Source of the DNA: Trichomonas gallinae
Taxonomy: Eukaryota
DNA: 35,951 nt
Assembly: GCA_008369845.1 (NCBI GenBank)
Contig: MRSU01010641.1
Coordinates: 1-35,951, forward strand
Reading direction: 5' to 3'
Under the pieces are notes generated by a model. It had not been told where the DNA came from. It saw nothing but the letters and a program-made list of their open reading frames with translations, and ran no database searches. This document shows positions 30,401 to 35,951 of this stretch, piece by piece. Positions within the stretch are counted from its first letter, which is position 1; each line of letters starts with the position of its first letter. The translations under genes and the position numbers were made by a program.

Positions 30401-33292
30401 GTCGAAAATAGTCAAAAGAAGTTTAACTTTATCGTCGTCAATTCCTGTTTTGATTATATCCTTTTTGACGTCATTGTTGGAATCTGACAACAATTTTTGT
30501 AATTTATCTGGAAATGTTTTCCTTGTGATGTTTGCTTCCATTGTTGCGTGAACTAACCATAGATAGCTGTCTGCGTTATTCAGTTCGCTTCCACCATTAA
30601 TCAAGGTCATGATGAATTCAATCAGAATCGTGAAAACTTCGAAGAAAAGTGAATAAAGGAAAACAAAGTTGCTGTGATCTTTCGTGTAGATATTATTCAA
30701 GTTTGCAATTTTGATCAATTCACTCAGATTGACGAAAATTGGCTGAAGGAGTAATACTATTGGTTGTGCGATTCTGGAGAACTTAGATAAAGGCTGCAAT
30801 AATAAAATCCATTTTCTAAACAAATGAACGAAATTTGAAAATCTTAGAGAATTTTCTTTGTAAATTGACATAATATCATTAATGCACTTGGAAAATCTTG
30901 TTGCTATCAGTTTGCAATATTCGAGTAAAGTGTCTTGCATGTATGTTTTTTCTGGTGGAATGTCTTTTGGATTCTCAGAATATAATTTACTTACGCCAAT
31001 CATCAAATTTCTCTGGAACAAAACTAAAAGCTCTTGTTCGCTCTGCTGCATCATATGTGGGCTCGTTATGAGTGTCTCTATCAAAGGAGCAATAATCTCC
31101 TTTACTGAGTTAGCGGTAAAACATTGAATAAAGAAGCGCTGATTCTGTAGTAATCTGAGAAAATAATAAACGAAATTAGATTCCATGTCAGTATAAATTG
31201 ATTTGAAAACAGCAGCACATTTTTCTGGTTCTAGTCTAGAGAAAAGAACAGGGAATGAAGTACTGAATGTATATGCTGTTATTTTCTTAGCAAACTCAAG
31301 ATTTTTGTTGTTGTAAACTGAATTCAATAAATCAACAATTTTCTTTATCGTTGTTGTTTCGATGGTGTTTCCCATGTTTCTCGAGCAAATGTTGGAAAGA
31401 TTGATTTGCAAAATAGCAATTAAAGAGATGAAGAGGTTTTGTAGTTGGTCGAATTTGAATAATTTCTTTTTCTCATATTTTGTCGCGAAATTTTGCGAAA
31501 GAGACGATATTGCATCAACAAGTACAAGTAAAATGCGTTCTGAGCATGGCGCTATTAAATATGCGACGTCTGAGATGTTGAAATTGGAGAGTAGCAATGT
31601 TTTGAGCTGAGTTCCGACAAAATTGGCTGTTATATATTCTAAAAATGTTGAAGAAGCTTTGAGTAATGTTTTGATGTTTTTCACTTTTTTGAATGATGAA
31701 ACGATTTTTGAAAATTTTGGAATATTTTGGCTGTTGAATCCTGTCAACCACTGTGTTTTGGATCCTAATTTATGTAATTTAACAAGGAAGAGGCTTTGAG
31801 TGCCAGGAGAAACTCCCCACAAGCAGTTGTTCCACGGATCATTCGTTAATGCAATTATTGGAACTTTCAACCCCAGAACTAAATCTCCGAGATGCTTTCC
31901 ATCAATCAGAGAAAATGTTCTCGCGAAGTATTCGCATTTAACATCATCATTTCGTGTTGGAACTAAGAAAATAAATGAGTTTCCACTAACATACATAATT
32001 GATTTTTCTTCCCAGTTGGATGGAATCAGTTCTTTTGCAAATGGATTCTGTAGAGTCGTTCCATCAACATATGGCTCTATTTCTCGTACAGAAGCAACAA
32101 CTTGGTTAATTTCTGAATAAATATGAATCTTCTTCTTGTGACATGAGTATATAAGTTGGCCATCACTAACGCATCTCGATGTAATATGATGTGCGAACTT
32201 GAAATTTGTCATGTCTTGAAGAGAATGAATTTTAATTACTCTCTGATGCTTTAAAAATGGACCTGTAACTATTATATATCCATTGCTGACAACAATACTG
32301 AGATTTATCCTTTCTTCTTTTGGGATTTTCAAATCAATTTTATGAAATCGAGAATCAATATTTGTAAATGTGTCTGATAGCTTAACAATGTGCATAACTC
32401 CATGATGTCCAAGCAAAAACACGTTTCTTCCATCACATGAAATAATTGAAGATGGTTTTGTGCCTTGGCTTTTTGTTTGAGGAATTGAAACCGTACCAAT
32501 AATTGTCGAATCGTATGGTATTGTTATCGTGCTATTAAAAGCGAGATGATTTACTTTATTTACGATATGATTCATTTTGATTTTGATCTTAGTATCGAGT
32601 TTGTTTGTGGGTAAAGAGATTGTATTCGATAAGCCTTCTATAATGGCTGATAAATCACCGCATGTAAAGCCCCATAATAATAACGGAACAGCATTTGCGT
32701 GATTTTTAACGAGTAACACATTGATTTCAAGATATATCGGATTGTATCTGAATATATTTAGTTGGTAGCTTTGAATTTTATCAATGAATGCTTGGATATT
32801 TGGAATGAGTGATTTTAATTCTTCAATATTGATGGGAGTTCGTTCAGTGTTATTGTTAAATATCTTGTAAAGCTGATCATTTTCCTTGTTCTTTTGATTT
32901 TGTAGCGTGATATTATATTCTTCATCAGCTTTGAGTATATTATCAGGCTTTGCACTTAGAAAAACGAAAAATTCTGATAATATTTGGTGTGTTGTCGACT
33001 TTAATGAATCTGGTGTCGAGAAAATTGGCGAGATTACGGTGATAAGTGCTTCACTGGCTGTTTGTGCCTGCGTAAAAAGTAGAGGATTCGATATAACATC
33101 GACAATTATATTTTCTCCGGGAAGTTTCAACTTTTTTTGCCCTGAATCATTCGAATGAAATAATTTTGACGAGAATTCCTTCGAAAAAGCAATTTCATCC
33201 AGGCCAACATCGAATACGTTATTAGTATAGCGCTGGAACGTTTCATTTTTGGCAAAAACTACACCGGAGGCCCGGGAAATACCGGGTCCCAT
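24467..33292 (-). CDS. Giant HECT-domain E3 ubiquitin ligase
   Basis: 2941-aa intact ORF. C-terminal HECT: FKVTFLKEEGRDYGGPCRE, LLKFVT, LPTARTCYGQINIPNYSS (catalytic Cys), terminal F. Beta-rich SPRY-like segment in the middle. TCATA Inr-like element at 33310-33306. Confidence 0.9.
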   Translation of the reverse strand: MGPGISRASGVVFAKNETFQRYTNNVFDVGLDEIAFSKEFSSKLFHSNDSGQKKLKLPGENIIVDVISNPLLFTQAQTASEALITVISPIFSTPDSLKSTTHQILSEFFVFLSAKPDNILKADEEYNITLQNQKNKENDQLYKIFNNNTERTPINIEELKSLIPNIQAFIDKIQSYQLNIFRYNPIYLEINVLLVKNHANAVPLLLWGFTCGDLSAIIEGLSNTISLPTNKLDTKIKIKMNHIVNKVNHLAFNSTITIPYDSTIIGTVSIPQTKSQGTKPSSIISCDGRNVFLLGHHGVMHIVKLSDTFTNIDSRFHKIDLKIPKEERINLSIVVSNGYIIVTGPFLKHQRVIKIHSLQDMTNFKFAHHITSRCVSDGQLIYSCHKKKIHIYSEINQVVASVREIEPYVDGTTLQNPFAKELIPSNWEEKSIMYVSGNSFIFLVPTRNDDVKCEYFARTFSLIDGKHLGDLVLGLKVPIIALTNDPWNNCLWGVSPGTQSLFLVKLHKLGSKTQWLTGFNSQNIPKFSKIVSSFKKVKNIKTLLKASSTFLEYITANFVGTQLKTLLLSNFNISDVAYLIAPCSERILLVLVDAISSLSQNFATKYEKKKLFKFDQLQNLFISLIAILQINLSNICSRNMGNTIETTTIKKIVDLLNSVYNNKNLEFAKKITAYTFSTSFPVLFSRLEPEKCAAVFKSIYTDMESNFVYYFLRLLQNQRFFIQCFTANSVKEIIAPLIETLITSPHMMQQSEQELLVLFQRNLMIGVSKLYSENPKDIPPEKTYMQDTLLEYCKLIATRFSKCINDIMSIYKENSLRFSNFVHLFRKWILLLQPLSKFSRIAQPIVLLLQPIFVNLSELIKIANLNNIYTKDHSNFVFLYSLFFEVFTILIEFIMTLINGGSELNNADSYLWLVHATMEANITRKTFPDKLQKLLSDSNNDVKKDIIKTGIDDDKVKLLLTIFDQNMLKYEDILVSIFTRQNKATFKNRNDLIARNDILALFCLSKQFKLLDELSIYIGMKRSNQEIPLSLKFKGIIHSVNEIHRTQILIKQSFTDKPEEELHKKLDDIRNKMIFLLMIAPIGTEKFSGDLAALTRFISDDLTIELCLQMISDSQRVKTNISLGIDIISDIINRNSNIDFVSFLLDKVIKSESFMKYVSTIRAIDENKDRSPGFNNIFNLLKLLREILPHICSNNVINLVIIFYTNLLMMVGKSDPRIVFEPICDIFDILYSRKLELSEEDIMSYSAIISSCMYSVIKDSNITLTKKDTKRLLKRLFTKDSIDVKKLSLARLCLSSGMIVPFKEKMVLHFIKHIEPAVFHNAFAFLFEYIRATENRENLISWLLSEISSIASGGRPEIMRGYPSLMEMTDDVKHVKTPGVLMIACAAMIRVIRFCITTNSGAKDLVHDIITFILRYNINNGQNIEVKESMKMFTEKRYLFGVFAVLSNSILIPNQYSLIKDNSSNSVYYLTDIDVYNEEYHGWKTPITANSQIENIPYSPSIVPKSAIPFSPDMYKDYEHLMPFFTQALNDDPVSYASEALNFYILQSLKVYITDHNFLLSFMETRTKFQLKKFSLHNYSKDFTRILAAHLSSNSLGFLQQPSLRPHMSYCTMSGVPDTKSITVTENQIYTSKGAHCFLSDPLNPTNATYLHLDFQKKSHFNVGIHMYSLHFSSSESFMLSSNGSAIYNGIPIDRVPSIYGFSNVTLCYEPTAKKLRIYDNNTQIFTFKISEGVASFVIHTFGCVNISYSITNIGPKYLQSTNPSTVGNNVKTGKTVFIRNKRDKGDIQDLIKQTPFQQTNPSKIKMNKPKLQCLKEDPNSFLFSYDSETQPIISYPADLLKMCRTELDLEALDKIKQQIITYPTACFTNTSNAGTPSKIPVCKFVKGISKACISTFPLDFKPVFINDNTGEVTEIKDPQVKDVTIFQPIHIITYPYLPSEILNFFTTGYVYETRKDVQAHIFLQALSIVNFPKSRAIEIFDLEMPQLLEIALMLIINVEPIHAHFIKKKECPINFAIDATDKSYHITGPRYIHKQGVHMIFKHIAESELTTVFANLWKLFLVQQFTNFHMHFVRKSQPNAVVTQISALSRPRTIIKPSAVGFIIFRAGFDADGSIKVEDKDKNEYILTDGIVYVKGFMVQLTRIDAVGDGVIALPINPGTNETLFGTFFELILSLKYFAYFISNNASSIENADMHEFRAMIYTNFVDSFIAGSPFFTAFGTVVLEFLCTTVPLIPTDLVGDVVVHLSLLAIYTDRKKNQPINGFLLDQQTMWKERIYLPLKTYFPEFITPDEALELQSKGYDHNTDWDLPNIQFPLYLTNDEFISEFVSQVMRLMKPTSKKLTGFPFHLFLKQWALTTTKFLPYNVERISDKSIQVTVSVNSVPDNCVIKVYGNTWFQTHAKIVDPPASNNIIYGKQCKIFFNEPVSDLSQVRFAFVSETPLNLKQFVLGNREMFINDVRTIFSFFDENYDHLIFNMINISKFTEKDFKLEIPPLQIVSVDIPYPKHIIYLRASLLFSISWMVCHNKLSGPESYVKYLCHFMPRQLKINRFLELIYFQSNTDQISMEVNRYKASEVWFGTSKNLNNTLLMQFMSYYKNPRDFRTKKDPPFKVTFLKEEGRDYGGPCREFILETIKESIHPNVGIFIPVPNSVNESAENYETLIPVPDPFVPEPDKMYFMLGVLLGISIRFGLTRPIPVPPFFWKFLAEGVLTIEDIYSIDTPYKDLMKSLEKEIEEITDESTFASRFSLNFVVKNSRGQEIALSELGRTRCVTLQNIREYISLSKDFRIKELKTYLEYIREGMWENLALSPPPFITGEIISCCSCGPQKLTPEAILAVTKFYPTLPHRLRDIYIDVVKQMDDDKLSKLLKFVTARENLPIVSTNEPLISVSQMIDATMEDMLPTARTCYGQINIPNYSSVTAAKKMIFTAIEYAGTFENR

Positions 33293-33857
33293 AATACAAT
33301 AGAATTATGACGAAATTTTGCAGAAAGGTTTACATTATACCGCACATTGCATATTGGGTTTCAAAAAGCTAAACACGAAAAACTGACAACAAAATTAAAA
33401 AGTAACATATAACCTTATTATCAAAATGTCGTAATTCAAATGTTTTTTACATTATTTCCGGGAGAAATCCTCATATATGAATGCAGAAACACTTGCTAGA
33501 TTGATTTGTGCAAACAATGGATCATTTTTTTGCATTTTTCCGATATTTTATGCAAAAGTGATAATAAAAGTGACATGAAATTGAATCAAAAGTGACGATT
33601 TTGAAATTAATCAACAAATAAGTATCCAGAAGCCAATGATTCAAAAAAAGTTTAGAGCCAAATTTATAATAGTTAATAGCTTGACTTATATGACAATGAT
33701 AAAAAAAGATATCTCATATAAAAACCTATGCAAATTTAAGCTTAGTTAATTATACAGTCGCATATCTATAATGTATATAATAAAATACTAACTTTTCTAA
33801 TGAATCTGATAAAAATTTGGTGAGTTACACAAAAACATAATAAATCGCTTATAGCTT

Positions 33858-33950
33858 AAAAGTGACAGAAAATGATAAAAAGTGTCGAATATTTTTAAAA
33901 AGTGTCGAGTTTTATTAATAATAAAACGTGACAAATGTGTTAAAAGTGAC
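33858..33950 (+). promoter_or_regulatory. Array of AAAAGTG(A/T)C motifs upstream of the zinc-finger gene
   Basis: Copies at 33858, 33878, 33898 (exact 20-bp period), AAAACGTGAC at 33923 and AAAAGTGAC at 33942; further copies at 33566 and 33588. Confidence 0.65.
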
Positions 33951-33972
33951 ATTAAATTTTTTTAATATTACA

Positions 33973-35559
33973 ATTTCGGGAATCAACAATCCAACATCGA
34001 TCCTTTCATATATTGAGGAATTTTCAGGCGACCTTTCCGACATAGATCAGGCATATGATGATGCTAACAATTCTTCTAACGTTAGTTGCCCACTTTGCCA
34101 TTGTATTTACTATACTAACGAAATACTTTCTCACATCCTAAAAATTCACTCCAATTTCAAAAAAGATGTCATGGGCGATATGATTCTTTCTGAATCAAAG
34201 AAAACTGGTGAAGTTTTATGCAATTATTGCTCCATGGCTTATCAAAACTACGAAGCTTTCTGCTCTCACTGCATTGAAAAGCATCTACCTAATGTGTTAA
34301 ATGGTTTGGAAGTCGTTGCATCCAAACAAAATGAAGAAAAGAAAAACAATTTATTGAATCTCATTAAAGAGTTCAAAACTGATGATAAAATTATCGAGAA
34401 TCATCATGAACCTGTGAAAGTTGTAACAGAGTACGCCGATGATTCCGCAAATCAAGTTGAAAATAAAAACCAAAAAATTCAGAAAGAAGAAACGAGGAAA
34501 TACAACGAAGAACTACTTACACCAATATCTTTATCGAATATTTTGGTGAGTGAAAAGCCGATAGAAGAAACAGCCGTTGATTTTGCAATTCGTCAGATCG
34601 AAAAATCGGAATTATTATATAGAAAACTCAATATCGCCATTTTTGATAAGCGCCCAACATGTGGTATTTGCAATCATTGCTATGATTCCATAATGGAATT
34701 AATTTTGCATTGTTTGCAAACACATCCATACGATTTTACACCAGAGCTAAAATATATTCTCCATTATCTCGGAAATTTCACGACAATTCCAACAGATTCG
34801 CAAATATATGAAAAATGCACAGATTTACATCTTGATCTTTTATTTAACCCACCGATCGAAATACCTGAAAATCCAACTGCTGAGCTTTGGCTTACTATTC
34901 CACGTTTCTTTGGTGAGCTAATCGTTGAATTATTCGGAGTTAATCGCCCAGAGTCCGAAAAATCGATCATTCCGAAATCCAACTGGAATGAGGATGTTAT
35001 TTGGCTACAATTGCCTTATAAAATCCCATTTATTTTCTTGACTACAGGAAATAAACTTAAAATCGGTTTCATCGAGACGAAACAAGTACCTGCAGAGACC
35101 TCTCGAAATATAGTCAAATCAATTCTTACTACAATCTCTAAAAACCAATTTTTGGTTATACAGATGAAAGATATTTGGAAAGAATCATTTCAAGTTGATG
35201 TTTTAAACTCAATTTCATCGACATATGATGTTAGAATACTTCGCAAAACCGAAATTTCAGAAGATTCAAATAATTCGAAATCAATAACCTTATTCATTTA
35301 TTGCACGAATTGGACAGAAGACCATAGAAATACAATTACTTCAGTCATTGTAGAATACTTTGAAAAGTCGGCCTTGCATCGATGTTCAGTCTGTAGATTT
35401 CTTTATCGAAAAGATGATACTTCACTGTGCTCGAACGCAAGGATGAGCGGTTTGGTAATTAGTAGAAAAGTTCCGCATTCGCTTTCAGAGACTTTTGCTT
35501 CAATTATGACAAACGAATTTTTGAAATCTACAGATCTCATCAAAAAGTATGAGATTTAA
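33973..35559 (+). CDS. Multi-C2H2 zinc-finger protein; start codon uncertain
   Basis: CPLC..H...H, CNYC..HCIEKH, CGIC..HCLQTH and a C-terminal CSVC..C..H. The first in-frame ATG (34171) lies after finger 1; coding-like sequence begins near the ATT at 33973. Confidence 0.7.
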   Translation: MSGINNPTSILSYIEEFSGDLSDIDQAYDDANNSSNVSCPLCHCIYYTNEILSHILKIHSNFKKDVMGDMILSESKKTGEVLCNYCSMAYQNYEAFCSHCIEKHLPNVLNGLEVVASKQNEEKKNNLLNLIKEFKTDDKIIENHHEPVKVVTEYADDSANQVENKNQKIQKEETRKYNEELLTPISLSNILVSEKPIEETAVDFAIRQIEKSELLYRKLNIAIFDKRPTCGICNHCYDSIMELILHCLQTHPYDFTPELKYILHYLGNFTTIPTDSQIYEKCTDLHLDLLFNPPIEIPENPTAELWLTIPRFFGELIVELFGVNRPESEKSIIPKSNWNEDVIWLQLPYKIPFIFLTTGNKLKIGFIETKQVPAETSRNIVKSILTTISKNQFLVIQMKDIWKESFQVDVLNSISSTYDVRILRKTEISEDSNNSKSITLFIYCTNWTEDHRNTITSVIVEYFEKSALHRCSVCRFLYRKDDTSLCSNARMSGLVISRKVPHSLSETFASIMTNEFLKSTDLIKKYEI

Positions 35560-35796
35560 CTACATACGCTTATAAAAATACTATCTTATATGGATAAATC
35601 CTTTTTTTACTTTGTAAAAAATATTCAATAAATATTGTAGTCGAAAAGAGATTATAATGTTATGCCTAGCTCCTTATCTTGACTTTCAAGATGATTCGGA
35701 ATAAATCTGAACACTTCAAAAAATCTTGAAAATTTATTTAACAAGATGCCTTTTTCCAGAAAGATTTATTCTTTATTTGATCTATCTAAACTATCT

Positions 35797-35951
35797 ACGA
35801 GTTTTTGGCAGAGGTGTAGAAACTAGGTTTTTTTGGTATTTTTGCTCCAAACTTTGTCTATATACTATATATACATACACCATATTATATATCAAGTTTG
35901 AGCCGAAATGGTTCGGACAATTCTGAGATACGCGAAAACTCGTCATACCTC
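35797..35951. mobile_element. Possible edge of a palindromic non-autonomous DNA element, truncated by the window end
   Basis: Nested inverted repeats ACGAGTTTT/AAAACTCGT and CTCCAAACTTTG/CAAGTTTGAG, hairpin CCGAA-atgg-TTCGG, TA-rich centre; no transposase visible. Confidence 0.3.

Noticed and set aside
24771..33158. Numerous plus-strand ORFs (60-189 aa) within the HECT gene
   Set aside because: Antisense shadows of the long coding frame.
33787..33800. ACTAAC branch-point-like sequence upstream of the zinc-finger gene
   Set aside because: Not followed by an AG acceptor at the short fixed distance used in trichomonad introns.

Overview
AT-rich eukaryotic genomic DNA, most consistent with a trichomonad (Trichomonas vaginalis-like). 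The inference rests on apparently intronless genes, short AT-rich intergenic spacers, TCA(C/T)(A/T) initiator elements just upstream of ATGs, and typical expanded families (Pmp-like surface protein, R2R3-Myb, CAMK-like kinase, ankyrin remnant). There are 14 protein genes: DASS/SLC13 transporter, Pmp-like type I membrane protein, coiled-coil protein, TAF4-like histone-fold protein, TPR plus degenerate SGNH-like protein, two kinases, WDR11-like, FANCJ-like helicase, Myb, OS-9-like MRH protein ending in DDEL, GT61-like glycosyltransferase, 2941-aa HECT E3 ligase and a C2H2 zinc-finger protein. There is also an ankyrin pseudogene fragment. The strongest unexplained signals are non-coding: (i) a GC-rich nested hairpin at 22442-22586 whose wobble pairs favour a minus-strand RNA; (ii) a TG(A/T)C(A/G) motif repeated at about 20-bp intervals upstream of six unrelated genes; (iii) several inverted-repeat elements; (iv) a zinc-finger ORF with no ATG before its first finger. 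All family calls come from motif recognition by eye; no database searches were run.
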